Positions 27,001 to 40,496 of a stretch of DNA of 64,000 nt are shown here, piece after piece (the first letter of the stretch is position 1; each line of letters begins with the position of its first letter). The stretch is from Eledone cirrhosa. Taxonomy: Eukaryota. The DNA lies in the NCBI GenBank assembly GCA_964016885.1, contig OZ024743.1, forward strand, positions 17,112,001 through 17,176,000, written 5' to 3'. Made by a program: the position numbers and the translations under genes. Below the pieces are notes generated by a model that worked only from the letters and a program-made list of their open reading frames with translations, ran no database searches and was not told the origin of the DNA.

Positions 27001-28833
27001 CCCGAGTCCTCACGTGCATGTACCGAGGTCCTCCAGTGAAGGTAGAAGGCAGGATGCAGACCTTGCTAATGTTTCGGGGATCCCCGTCGTTGGTCAAGCC
27101 GTCTCGCAGGTGTATGTAGCTTTCGCTACGCAGTTGTTGCTGGTGGGTTCGAATGAAGGCCAGTCGTTCTGACTCCATCTTTGCTGCCATATCCACCCCA
27201 AATTTGTTCAGTAGGTCCTGCGATCTGTGCAAACTGTTGAAACAGTTTCTCCGAGGCATGAGTCGGTATGCGTAAAATTCCTTGCAGGACACGGTTTTGG
27301 CGGCAGCAACGGAGGGCTGGTTTGGCTGGCAGTGTGGAGTCTTGAAGTGGTAGCCGTCCTCGCCGCGGGGGAAAAGTAGAGGGCATTGGAGGCTGTCGTA
27401 GGATCGGTTTGTTTCGCGTATCCTGTGGAGGCCAGTTGCACGGTTGGATATGACGATATCCCGGGGGTTGTGCTGGTCTCCGTGAAGGACGACTGCCACC
27501 TCGTTGCACGCGGGCGTGTTGAATCGACGGGCGTGTTCTCTGGGTGGTCTTTTGTCGGCATCGATGACAATGTTGAAGTTAGGCAGGTCAGTAGTCTCCA
27601 GGGCGTAGTTGAAGCTCTGCACGTAGCTGTTTTCGGAGTGTAGCATTTGCTGCAGCGCAAGGAGGACGTCTCTGTCCAGGTTCTCTCTAGTGCCATCAGC
27701 TGGGATGACAGATGAGCGCATGTCAGCCTGCTTGTTGTAGTCAGCTATGAAGTAAATTTGCAGGAAGGTGAGTTGATCTGACGGCGCAGGCTGTAGAGGA
27801 CCGACATAGTGGTAACCCTGGCCCTGAACCTTAAAGGTTGGCATCCACCCGCTTTCTCGGACAATGTTGGCCCCGAACGAAGTCATCTGAAAGGCGCAGT
27901 TGTATTTCCTTATGTTGCCAGGGGAAGTCTGTTGACGTAGTGGTCTCTCCGCTAAGAAGTTCTCGCAAAGGTTCTGGAGGGGCCGCCAAAGGAGGAAGTG
28001 AAACCTTCCCATTAGAGCAGCACAGGTCAGGTGGTCTTCCGGGCCACTTCTCTGCACCACAGAATTGGCATATGACATCCATCCTGCCTAGGTGAATGTC
28101 CGTACGGTCGGAGTATTTTACTGTTGGATCGTAGTTGAAAGCCTTCATAAGCCAAAGTGACTCATGTGGACTCGTTGTTCCTCTGGCGGTGTCTCTTCGT
28201 GCGTTGTTTGTGTCCAACTGAGCACGGTGGGCTGTTTGATGTTCTGCGGCACGGGAGGCGGCGGTGGATACAGCGTTCTGGGACCTTCGGATGGCTGTCT
28301 GTATCTCGGTCTGGGATGCTCTGGCAGCTGCGGTGGAGGCGGAGTCCTTGGATCTTCGGATGGATGGCTGTCTGTATCTCGGTCGCAGCTGCCTTGGAGG
28401 CGTAGTCCTTGGACCTTCGGATGGCTGTCTCCTGGTCGGTTTCTGCGGCACGGGAGGCGGCGGTTGAAGCAGCGTTCTTTGACCGCCTGGTGGCTGTTTG
28501 CTGTTTAGTTTCGGAGGCCCTTGCAGCAGCAGTGGTTGCAGCATTCCTAGCCCTACGAAGAGCTCTTTGGCTGTCACTGTCTGCTGCCCTAGAGGCGGCT
28601 GTTGCAACTGCATTCCGACAATTACGAATTGCACGATTCGAAGCGGTAACCGTAGATAGAGAGGCGCTGGGTTGGGTTGTGCTAGGGGTACTTAAGTTTG
28701 AAAGCGAAGTAACAGGGGTTTGTTGCCAAAAATGCAGTCCGGCATCCGTAGACTGCTCATTCAATCGCCTCTTTTTTGAAACAACAGACGATGTTTTCCT
28801 ACGGCTAAGGGCACTCTTTCTTTTCAGTGGCAT
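24040..28833 (-). pseudogene. Helitron RepHel (Zn finger, HUH Rep, PIF1-family helicase), multiple frameshifts
   Basis: CQFCGAEKW..CCSNGKV; LPSTFTGGPRYM; PDLFITFTC; VEWQNRGLPHID; KYVCKYVNKG; DGSGGTGK; VASSGIAATLL; WDECTM; SGDFRQ; HGQLYVACSRV..IVYKEVL*. Confidence 0.93.
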
Positions 28834-29329
28834 GGTTGCAATAGTACAGTAAACAGTAAAGGGGAAGCAGGTTTAGAGCAAATGCAAAAAAAGCGAAGGT
28901 GATAAGCAGTATTTGACAAATTGTTACAATTTTAAGCAAGAAAAAGTAAACAAAAAACGTTCTGGGAAGGGCAAAGTCCGAAAGCGAGGTCACAAAATGT
29001 AATGCAGTGAGAGTGAAGCACACGTCTACACAGTAGCCTAACCAAGTAGCAAGTGTAGCGTTTGAAAACCAAAGCTTTGCAGGCCACTCAAATCAACGAT
29101 AAGAGTCTGCAGAATTTTTTGATAGCAGTCATGCCAAAACAGAAAAAAAGCTGCCATCTCCAGCCGTCCAGGAAATTTTTTTTTTTTATTCAAGGCGAAA
29201 ATTTGTCCACTTCTCGACCGAAAGAAAGCAAAAACTGACTCAACTGGTGCCAGGTGGTCAGAACTGGCAGGAACTGGTTTGTGTCACGTGAAGCTGTAAC
29301 TATAGCAACAGTGGTTCCCTCGGTCTCAA

Positions 29330-29575
29330 AGACCAAAGTAAGTGGAGAGGGGTAGGTAATGTTACTGTAACACCAACAACGTCTCTCTCTATATTCCTCG
29401 CTCAATAAAGAAGGGGGAGGGGGAAGGTAATGTTACTATAGCAACAGTGGTTCGCTCACTGACCAAAGTGGAGAGGGGAATGTAATATTTCTGTGACACC
29501 CAAAACTTCTCTCTCTATTGTCCTCTCTCTCTCTCTAAAGAAGGGGGAAGGGGAAGGTAATGTTACTATAAGACC
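29330..29575. repeat. Imperfect tandem repeats in the Helitron 5' region
   Basis: Recurrent ggggaaggtaatgttactatag, gaccaaagtggagagggg and actatagcaacagtggttc. Confidence 0.7.
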
Positions 29576-30906
29576 TGTTTTTCCTGTCTCTCTATATACA
29601 AAGTGGAGATTCGACCTCGAGCTTCACTCTCGACCGAATTTCGAAATGATTCGAGCACGTCAACAAAATTTAGACTCTTTTCTACCCATAGCAAAACCGG
29701 GTCAACAAACTCAAAAGGAAACATTTTTCACGCGTACATAAAATGCAACCTCATCTCCCGATTTCACCCAAAATAGATAAAAAGGTGGATTGCGGGCCCC
29801 TGGGGGACCTATCAAAAAACAAAGTAGCCTAGGCAATGTAAAGGGTCATGAGGAGTGATGTATGCAAATTTGAGCGAGATCGGGCGAGCGATGTAGACGC
29901 CAACCTCGAATAATATAGTATCCACACACACACATCCTCTGTTTTATATATATAGATGATATATATATATATATATATGTGTACATACATATATATATAT
30001 CCAGCGATTACATTTTTGAAAATAAATATTCATTTAATACAAAATATCTGAAAAATGCATTTAGTTTAATCTCATTTCCTACTATGATTATGAATAGAAT
30101 CATTTTTCAAATGTGTTTCGTTTATTGTTTCGAACAGGTATCACTTGAAAACATAAACATCAATTATATATTCATCGAATATCATATATAAATCTCAATT
30201 TACATGCACAACTAATATCAAAAACTATAGTGACTTTGAAATTTCGAAAGAAATGTTGCCGTCTATTTTTCTTTAATATGAACATATTTTACAGTGGAAG
30301 TTTAATCCACAACAATTTGTCAGATTGAAACCTGCTGAATATTGATTTATAGATATCCTCCCGTCTGAAGCTATTGAGATACATTTGATTAGTATATAGA
30401 GGAAACTGTTTGTTTTACTGTTACAAACTGTTATTCTATCCTGTTATGCAAATTTATGATAAATCGCAGTTAGATAGAAGTTGAACTGAGTGCTATAGCC
30501 AATAGCCTTTGAATATTACTTGACAATAATTTAATATTATCTAGTGAGATTGCTGCTGGAAACTGTTTGTTACTCTATTTTGGTAAGCTTTGATGATTAG
30601 AAGTTGGAATACATGTAAACTACTTCACTTACATCTTCCAAGCAATTTTGCAGCTGCTGTGCTTATGCAAACTACCCCGTTGTCTCGATTGATAGTTGTG
30701 CTTCATGGGATATATCAAGAATCAATAGTTTACTGGAAATATTATTGGTTACTTATATAATCAGAAACTATTTCCTTAAACATCCTAACCACACGTCCGT
30801 ATTAACGGAGCTCTGATTTCTCAATTCAGATTTGAAGCGGATCTACATGGTGTGAGTCTCTGATATGAGAGTTACGTAATCTATCTAGTAGCATTATTTA
30901 AAAAGC

Positions 30907-31062
30907 AAAGTTAACCTCGGCGGGATTTGAACTCAGGTCCCTTTACAACCTGAGTTCAAATCCCGCCGAGGTTAACTTTGCTTTTCATCCTTACGGGGTC
31001 GATAAAATAAAGTACCAGTAATGTACTGGATCTTTGCTGGCCTTGTGCCTAATGTAGAAACA
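30907..31062 (+). mobile_element. 5'-truncated SINE with 5' inverted duplication and 14-bp TSD
   Basis: TSD attatttaaaaagc at 30893 and 31063. 30901-30937 is the reverse complement of 30949-30985. Confidence 0.88.
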
Positions 31063-31239
31063 ATTATTTAAAAAGCGCTTCGGTGGAAACCAATATTGGG
31101 CTCATGTATTGGTGTTCGGATTCTTTCGGTTATTAGATAATTCTCTAATCATGGGTAAGTGTTGGCGCCAACACTGAATTAGAATATATGAGAATTCTGC
31201 TTTCATAAGAGCTCTTCTGAAGAAAGCATGCTGGAAATA

Positions 31240-32700
31240 ACTCGCCACTACAACAGTTCCTGCAATTTTAGGACTAACTTCATCGTCTCTTCACCCATCA
31301 GGCCTGCAATCCTTTCCACCGAATAAGGAACTGCAAGAAGAGTCATACTGGTCTTGCCTTGGATGGATATATTAAAAGATGGCATTTGACGTGCTTCCTG
31401 ATTATTCGATAATCAAGTGCCTACAAATCGTAAAGGTGGCGAACATACGAATGCTATTAAATATTAGAATGAAGAACTGGGAGACTGAGTTAACATCTTG
31501 GTGTGAATATATTGGAGGAATCAAATCAATAGATGAATCCTCTCCGAAAATAGTATTTCCCCTTTATTGGTTGCATGTATCACCATACACCTGTCCCTCG
31601 TATTATTGAGAGAGAAGGTAGGCTACGATCTGAGAAGAGGACAGCTTGCCACCAGCCACCTTCTTTTCATGGACGACATAAAACTCTTTGGTAATAGAGA
31701 AAAGGAGATGGATGTATTTGTTAACGATGTTCGTATTTTCGGCAATGGTGTATCTATGAAATCTGGCCTTAATAAGTATGCAATCCTAGTGATAAGGAGT
31801 GTAACTTAAAGAGAAGCAAAGAAATCGTGATACCAAAGGGTGAAGTGATAAAGGAGATAGACACCGATGAATGATATTGATAGTTGGGTGTTATTGGGGC
31901 TGATAACATTAAGGACAATGCATTGAGAATAGGGAAATGTTAAAATCACATCTGAATAGCAGGAATGCTATACGTGCAATAAATACCCGGCATGTGCATA
32001 TTATGAGATACAGTGCTGGGATTCTTAAATGAGTCGAAAACGAGCAAGGTGAACTGGATAGAAATAAAAGGAAATTAATGAGTAATTACTGTATGTTTCA
32101 TAGAAGGGTGATGTTCATAGAGAGTACTTAAAGATATCTGTATTTGTGAGAGGTAACGGTTGTGTTTCGAAGGAGATAAAACTGTTTACATCAATATGGG
32201 TTTAAGAGAAACGATCCATTGCGTGATGCTGTATTGTAGGAGTGGATAATAGACCAGGGGTTGTCTAAGAAAGAAGTAACGACTGTGCTAGAATGTTCGT
32301 TACGAAAATAGAATTCTGTGATCTGCAGGCATGGGGTGGGTTAAAGAAAGGAAGCCATAAGAAAGCTACAGACAGAAAGCTACTGGCTGCACGGATGTGA
32401 TCCGTTAGAATGAAATGGATGAAATATCACATTGAAAGGATTAGGCTAACCCGCTCTGTAGGATGCATTGAGAAAGAAGAAGGAGATTCTGGCTCATATC
32501 TTATCCGGGTATAAACACTTAGCTCAGATTCGTTATTAATGATGGAGTCTATATATCATAAGCCATAGGAAACTGAACAATTTACCGAATTCTTAGTTGT
32601 AGTATGAAATTAAGCCAGACTGCGTGTTAAACAACGATCGGGTGAAGCTGCTGTGGCATTTCAGGATGAAACAGATAAAGAAAAAGAACACAACATGCCT
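31240..32700 (+). mobile_element. Old decayed R4/Dong-like element related to 46250-50800
   Basis: AFDVLPD, HLLFMDDIKLFG, SHLNSRNAI, RYSAGIL, colinear with the 1130-aa ORF. Confidence 0.8.
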
Positions 32701-32887
32701 TCAACATATTTGATAATCTATACCTAAGTTCATTTTTACATATGGCTAATCAAATAGGCTTCAGAGGAAGATGAGATCATGAAATAATTAATCGTGACGA
32801 TAGAAAATATTTTGTAAAAAATGCAGAATAACTGTTTATGCTTGAACACTTTCCTTTTTAAATATATGATTTCAATTTGATTTTCAG

Positions 32888-32977
32888 GGAACGTACACTA
32901 TAACCAGTTACAACATTAATCGAAGTTATTCGCATCCAGCCGTGGCACAAAGGTGCAGGGCGAGACTGACGAACCAG
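32888..32977 (+). CDS. Candidate 90-bp host exon (GTYTITSYNINRSYSHPAVAQRCRARLTNQ), unknown gene
   Basis: tttgattttcag acceptor, 30 open codons, CAG/GTGATT donor, locally higher GC. No homology recognised. Confidence 0.2.
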
Positions 32978-34339
32978 GTGATTGCATACGCTTGCCACAC
33001 ATAAACGGAAATAGCATGACTCATCTTCACACAATGTTTCATTTCCAAAATATTTGGCCGGTCCGCGTTTATTGCAAACTTATTTATCCAAGGTGAGAGG
33101 GTTGAATATGAAACATCATAATTGCAAATCTAACTTTAAAAAAGAACACATACATGGCCAATAAATTGTCAATGCCTAGATGAAAATCTAAATATATTTG
33201 TTGATAAATGAATAGATAATGTATTTCATTTGTGTGGGAATTATTCAAACAATATGGATAATATCCTATATCGTGATCCATTTTAATGTGTAAAGAAGTC
33301 CCCATATATCGCTTGATAATAAATGCTTGGTTGTATGGCAAATAATTTCAAATGGAGTTGCCTGAGCCGAATGAAACTATATTCGCAGTTGCTTTATTAT
33401 TCATTGCAAATTTCATTATTATTAACAGTATCATTCTGTTGTATTTCTATGTATTTGTTTGAGTCAAACTGTTTATAATAGGAATATTTAGTTCATCAAG
33501 GACCATAAATGATTTGCATATACTGTAATTAGTATGCATATAATTTCCAATTCACGTCTTTGTCAGTTCACTTCTTAAACGAAGTTAACATTCATTAAAT
33601 GAAGAATATGACCTATATAATATAGATCTTGGTCATGTAAAGCATCGATATGTAATTTAAATCTTGTTGGATTTAATATTTATTCATGTATGAGAAGAAA
33701 CATAGATTGACATTTTAGACTTTGTTCCAAATAAGGGAACCCAATTAATGAACGTAGAAATACTTAAGTAGGAACATATCATATTAACGTGATAGGAAAG
33801 CCACCGTTTTGATAAGATACATTAAGTATGATATATTTATAGAAATGTATTATTGGTGCGTTAGTGAATATTATATTACGGCCTGAAACTACCGTGCCGC
33901 AGTTTATAGTTATGTAGCACATATATTAAGGTGTGTGAATTTATAAAGGTTGCAACAAGTTATAAAATGCTTTTTAGTAAGAAATATTCATTAAAGTATA
34001 AAAGAACACTGCAGTGTAACATCAAATATTCGTATAGAGAATTACTAATATGTACTATCTGCAAGAAAATATTCGTCATATTTTAAAATAGCTTTATTTT
34101 AAATAGCCTAATCCGGGAATCTAACACGCTAAACGCATAATGCCATAAAGGATGTTATGTAGGTTTGTTTAGTTACATACTTAGGTGTGGTTCTTTATTA
34201 GTGAACTGTGTTACATATTCTCATTATAGATAACAAGGATCCTTAAATTGAAATCAAGCGCTGAATCCCGGTAAATGTTTTACTTATAAACATGCATGTA
34301 TACAAATACACTCTGACACACACCCATGTAGATATACCT

Positions 34340-35330
34340 TTAGGTGATAAAGCGATGCTTGAACATGAAGAGCCACCTAGTCTTACCATAGAAAAGCCAC
34401 GAACTGGATGAAAATCCATATTTTCTCTTCATCGTTCCTTCTTTTCTGGATATCCCATTATTACCAAAGAATAGTTCATCGAATATTATTTCCCCATTAA
34501 TTGAGGCTATCACTAGTTTCAATGTTGTATTCTTCTTACGTTTGTCTTTCTTTGAATATTCGAAGGTATACAGCATGTTGTTCACTAAGTACTCGGTCTT
34601 CATATTATGCTTCTATCCCACTTTCTCGGTTATTCTCATCGGCTTTCTTAGAATTCTTACTTCAATTCTTGGATTGATTTAGGCAGATGAAAACCTTTCA
34701 ATTAAGAGATTTGCCTGGCTATTTTCTTTATTTTATTCTGCATTTCATTCTTGTCCTATGGTTATGTCATTTTCCACTGCATGTTTGAGAGAAATTAATT
34801 CCGTATGTGAGTCTGTTATTTATGAAGATATGCATCCTAACAATTGCTCAGATGTTTTCGTCTGAATAAAGTGTGCTTTCGTGACTTAGTTTTCTCAATA
34901 TTTTCTAATAATTTGCTGTGTGTTTCTCTTGAGATCGCTTACATACTTTATAGTAATAAGCGTATATTACCTTTTTATACACTTCCTGGGGCCACTTGAT
35001 CCGTTTCCATATTTATTTTTGTCGTGGTTACGTTGGTAGAGTTGGAGAGCTCGAGTTGGAGCAGTTCCTCTTCAATTGATCATCCAGCTTACTATTCGGA
35101 ACAGAGTTGCTTCTTGTAGAGAGACATTTCGATCTCTGCCAGGCTCTTTTTTGAGGGGACCCGATAACATAAACCATAGAACAAGCGATTTGAAGTGTTA
35201 AGTGATTTATTCATATTTCCGATTGCGCAATTTTCTGTGTTCAGAAATCCACCTAACTTATGTCGGGTCTTGTGTAAAGCGACGCTCTGGTAGGGAGTGC
35301 TTCGCAATATTGGCCAACAAAGAGACCATT
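34340..35330 (-). mobile_element. Possible decayed RTE-like LINE (endonuclease-to-RT linker)
   Basis: Lys-rich remnant ending INGEIIFDELF; many stops. Confidence 0.35.
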
Positions 35331-35444
35331 ATTGATTTTATTCTATGACCCTCTAAGCCAGTTCATGTTATGGTGTCAGTTGTTGTACTTCTCTTATTTG
35401 GGTTGGTGACAGGTTTTTTTCCAATTATTATTATAATTAGTATT

Positions 35445-35652
35445 GTTGTAGTATCAGTAGAGCGTCAGACACTATGCTTTGCACCATAGAGTTATGGTCA
35501 TTTATATTCTGAGTTCAACAGAGTTCAATTCTGAGGTTAACTTTGCCTTTCATCCTTACGAGGTAGATAAAATAAAGTGCCAAGTAATGCACGGGGTATT
35601 TGCTGGCCTTGTGCCAAAAGTAGAAACACTTATTATTATTATTATTATTATT
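35445..35652 (+). mobile_element. Diverged SINE with (ATT)n tail
   Basis: gaggttaactttgcctttcatccttacgaggtagataaaataaagtgccaagtaatgcac...gtagaaacac then (ATT)n. Confidence 0.8.
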
Positions 35653-35653
35653 A

Positions 35654-38070
35654 GCGACACTTCGCTCAGCTGTTCGGAGGCAGCGGCGGGCCAGACCGAG
35701 GGATGGACTTTAGTGCCTACCTCGATGGACTGCCGCGGCTGTGTTGAGAAAAGCCGATAACCGCAGCTGAAGTACGGGAAACAATGACTGGCTGCAGAAG
35801 GGGTAAATCACGTGGTTTGGATGTCTGCCCTATAAGTTTTACGTACAGATGCCTGACTTCTTCGGAGGTTTCTTGGCGGACGTCTACTGCAACTGGCAAC
35901 ATAACGGGAGAATTCCCAGCTCTGTGAGCCGAGGAGCGGTGGGGCTGCTGAGAAAGTATCCGAACAAGCGGGATAACATAGATAATTTCAGGCCCACATC
36001 TCTGCTAAACACAGAGTTCAAGATTTTGGCCAAAGTGCTAGCAAAGAGGTTGGCGCTTGCCGTTGGTGCACTGGTGGGAGAGGCAGAGACATGCACCATC
36101 CCGACAGATCCATCCACGACAACCTTCACCTCATGCGATACACCGTGGAGAGGGTAGCTAGGGAACCTGGCATGGGTGGGGCCTTGATCAATTTAGATCA
36201 GTGGAAAGCTTTCGATAGGGTCAACCATCGGTATCTGGCGGCAGTCCTGAGTGCGGCTGGCTTTGGGCCCGTCTTCAGAGGCCGGATCGCTGCCATGCAC
36301 AGCGTCATCTGCTCTGTGGTGAGAGTGAACGGTCACCTTTCGGGACCGTTCAACATCATGCGCTAGCTCCGCCAAGGATGTCCCCTCTCGTCCCTCTTGT
36401 ACGTATTGACTCTCGAGCCATTACTGTACAAACTGGATACGTTTAGGAGGGTCCCGCGCGAACTAGGATGCGGAAGAACCGTGTCAGTATATGCAGACGA
36501 TGTCACCGTAGTGGTGTCGAATGCCAAACACGTCGAAGGTATCGGCACCACACTAACAGAATACGAAGCGGTGACAGTAGCAATCATCAACCAGGAAAAG
36601 ACGGTGGGCCTGCAGCTCGGCACGTGAAGAGGGAAGTCCATGCCATCCAACAGCGTCGTCGGGCGCTGGACGGACCGGTTAAATTGCTATGGATCTGGTT
36701 CGCTCCGGACCTCCAGACGGACAAAAACTGGGACGAGGTGACGAGCAGGTTGCCTTCTCTCACCCAGAAATGGGCAGAGAGGAAGCTATCCCTGAAAGGT
36801 TGAGCGGAGGTGGTGAATTCGTACATCGCGACCGTCATCTACTACTGCCTGACAGTTCAGCCTTTTCTACGTCTCGCCTGACTGCACTGCGGCGTTCGCT
36901 CTTTCGGTTTTTGTGGAAGAGACGCACTCCGATGGTCAGGCGGTTCATTTGCTGTCAACACCCGCTACGTGTAGGGCTAGGCATGCCGTGGCTGATGATG
37001 CGCAGACGCGCGCTCAGGCTACGATATCTCCACCACTTCCTCGAGGGTGATCAGGTGTGGTCGCCGTTTGCTAAACGCGTCTTTTCCCAGCTCGTCACCT
37101 TGACAGAGCTGCAGTCCTGGATCAAGCGAAAACCGAGAGGGGGTGCTTGGAGTCTGGAATCACTTCTGGCGCTCACAACCCTCGACCAATCGGGCAATGT
37201 GGTCGGTGGAAACTAAACCTTGGCGCTCTATAGAGGATTAGTGGAGGGGAAGAGCGACGACGTACTTGGCGAAATTCTAGGCGTTGACGAAAATCAACTA
37301 GCCTATCTCTTCGGAACAATTTTCGGGCCGGGGCCTATGGACAACTTCTAGAAATCCCTGGCTTGTCAGTGCTACCGAGGAGCTTTGACAGTTCGGATAA
37401 ACTCTACAGGCATGGAGATACCGTCAGCTGGGCATGTCTGAGATGCACGTAGGGCGACGAAACCGTCCTGCAGGGACTCGTCCAGTGTCCGAGCATTGCT
37501 GACTTGAGGGTTTATGTCGAACACCTGCTGTCGCGTATAGGACAGATCCGGCTATCAGCTGAGTCCATCGTGAGGATTGTCGCGCCCTCTCCCTTTAGCC
37601 GGGAAGGGCAGGAAGTTTTATCTGTCTGGTGGCCATGGCGAAAGAGATATTATGGTGGACGCGTTTGAAAGGGCTGAAGACGTGCACGTACCTCTTCGGA
37701 GATGCTCTGATTAACTTTTTCAAATTTCATTTGAAAAGGAAAATCAGGGTAGAGAGGGAAGTGCTCTCTTCTCAGCATTTTGTTGAAATATTGGTGAGAG
37801 AGGCAAGAATGGCCCGAGTGAATGGGACTATTCTGAGTATGTGCCTGTAAATAGGAGGTGCAAAACTGGGAGAGGGCACTTGCCCTGGTGATCAGGGTCA
37901 CCGTGGCTTTTTTAATGGGTTTCTCCACGAATGTCCCTCGGAAGTCTCCCACTTATTGTGGAATTTTTCATTGTTTCTTTTTTGGTTACATCCTCTGGTT
38001 TTTTTTTACACGCAGAATAATTTTCCTTAATGTCTTACTTGTGTAATCCCTTGTGGTTAATAAAGAAAGC
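35654..38070 (+). mobile_element. 5'-truncated L1/Tx1-clade LINE ORF2, decayed
   Basis: NFRPTSLLNTEFKILAKVLAKRL, LDQWKAFDRVNH, RQGCPLS, YADD, C-terminal Cys motif. AATAAA near 38059; (ATT)n flanks. Confidence 0.9.
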
Positions 38071-38086
38071 ATTATTATTATTATTA

Positions 38087-40410
38087 CAGTTGCATTTATC
38101 TTGCATTATGTTCATACGAATTATCACCAAGTCTCAAATATTTTGTATTTTGTCTTTTCCTAGGGTTTTACATTTGCTGGTTTTTCTTAGAGCCAAACGC
38201 AACTGTTCAACTGTTATATTTTCCCATATTTGTTCCTCAAGGTGAGCTGTATCTTTCATTTGTCTGTCTATCCATGTAGAAGTTTCTTTGGTTGTTTTTG
38301 AACATATTATTGTCCTTATAGATTCTAGATCGTTTTTCAAAGCAGCTTATACGAGCAGCTTCAGCCGACACTTTTTGCTTGATTATTTCTATCAGCATGT
38401 CTATGTCACTTGTTGATTTTATACTGTACTTTCTTTTCAATTTTCTAAGTTTAGTTTGTTTAACATGTTCACCTACTTTATAGTTTGTTAAAATTTCTAT
38501 GTCAGATCGGAGTAGGTTTATTTGGCGATTGATGTTCTCTTGCCAAGTAGATTTCTTGTGGGAATTCCTTTGTTTTTTCATCTTCACTCCACATAAGTGA
38601 GTGGTGACTTTAGCCGATGCATAATAGAGATGATTTAAATCAGTAATGTTTAGTTTGTTTGTGATGATAATGTTTTTGAGAATTATGTTAGTCTTGGGTA
38701 TTATCTTTTGGCTCTGTTTGGAGTTCTGGATCTTAGGGAGGGTGTCTCGTTCCCCCATGTCAGATTCTTTCATTTTCATCCATTCGATCATAATTTCATC
38801 CTTCAAGTTGGCAAGTTCATTCTCATTCATTTCTTTATCATTTAAGAACTCATTGTTTTCATTTTGAGTTTCATATTGAGCATGCATTCACTCCACTTTT
38901 TCGATCCTTTCTTTAATTTGTTCTGTTGTCAGTGATTCCGCCCCGACCCTGGGATTCGAATTGTTACAATTTACCTCGTTTTCACTGACACATGTTTCAT
39001 TTTCCCTTCGCTGACCTTGTGCTAATAGCTTGATCTGATCAATTTCTATATCAGTTAGTAACATTCTTTTTACAATATTTCTTCGTATATTGGCTAGTTT
39101 GTTACTGTCAATATAGCCTCTGTTTTCGGGATGTTTATTTTTCCAATTGAACCATTAGCTGATTTTTTACCCCAGTCTTGTTCCTCTCTGAGGGACGCGG
39201 CCCCTTTTGACCCGGGTGACAGCCGATCCGGTATGATATTTTATCATTTGACATTTACTTTATTTTGTCGCGTTTTATCCTTATACGCCAAGGGGTAATC
39301 ATTTCGTGTTACCACTTCTAGGACGAGTGTCAACCAATACTAGAGGGGTCGTCCTCCCCTAGATATACGGCTATTCCCCGCGGGCCGCCATCCCGTTATT
39401 TCTTGGTAACGGGGTTTTCTTTTTTGTTGTTTTTTTTTTTTAATTGTTATTATCTTGAGTGGTTCCTTAATGTGAGCATTGCGTGGCTTAAGAATGAAAT
39501 TATTAATAATTGTCTCCAGTCCAGGCACAAATCCAGCAATCCCCCAGTGCATTACAATAATATAATATACTTTTTGCTGAAGTAACCTGTTATTGTTGTT
39601 GGCCATTTCGGTGGTGGTGCTGGGGCTTTTTCTATTGTTGGTGGGGAAGGGGGAGCCAGCAGTGCCATAGTTGTTGATGTTGACGTCTGGCCTGTAGCCA
39701 GGTCACTATCTTTTTCTAGCCTCTCCCTTGTCTAGTGATACTGCCACCTTCCCCTTTCTTAAGTTAACAGAAGGTAATGGGGGAATAGTGGTGGTAGCAA
39801 TGAAGGCGTAGTGGCGGCGGTGATGGGATAGTGGTAGCAATGATGGATGGAGTGGTGGCGGTGGTGACTATAGCGATGGCGTTGTCGTTACTGAGTTTTG
39901 TTGAATAGACTATAGTTTGTTTGATCTGAGTATCAATGCGGTTTGTCGCGTATGTTTAATATATGTGTTGACATGTATATTTAATATTGGATTTAAACAT
40001 TTTGTGAAAACTTGAGACAATAATAATAGTAATTATTATTATTATGCTGGGATTGGTAGTGGTGGTCGTGAAATTGCCCTTATCTGGCTGTTGTATTTAG
40101 TGTACACAGAGGGGTGATGGGATAGGTGGTGAATCTAGTTTGTGGTGTTGGTGAAATTACTGTTATTTGGCTGTTCTTTTTTGAATATAAAATTTTCTTT
40201 TTTAAATATAAAATTTATAATACAAAATTGAATATTTGAGCGATATAACAGGATATTATGGATCCGAATTTTTCTGAGTGTTGAGTCTGGTGCTTTATGT
40301 ATCATTTGTACTAAGAATTGTTATTTCACAATTGATTTAAATATGTTAAAAATCAAAAACTTACCGGAGCGATTTCATGACCTTCTATCCACCACGTGCG
40401 TCTTATTCTT
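38087..40410 (-). mobile_element. Internally deleted R4/Dong-like element (family B)
   Basis: Both ends match 40496-45439. Deletion junctions near 38135 (~2.3 kb), 38275 and 39148. Confidence 0.9.
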
Positions 40411-40416
40411 ACTTTC

Positions 40417-40495
<79 letters not shown>

Positions 40496-40496
<1 letters not shown>

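Larger units (their letters stand above)
24001..29956 (-). mobile_element. Helitron (autonomous type, decayed); 5' end present, 3' end not found
   Basis: Minus strand starts A^TCTATATATATAAAAC at 29956. RepHel coding region present; no hairpin or CTRR seen before the TA run at 24000. Confidence 0.92.
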
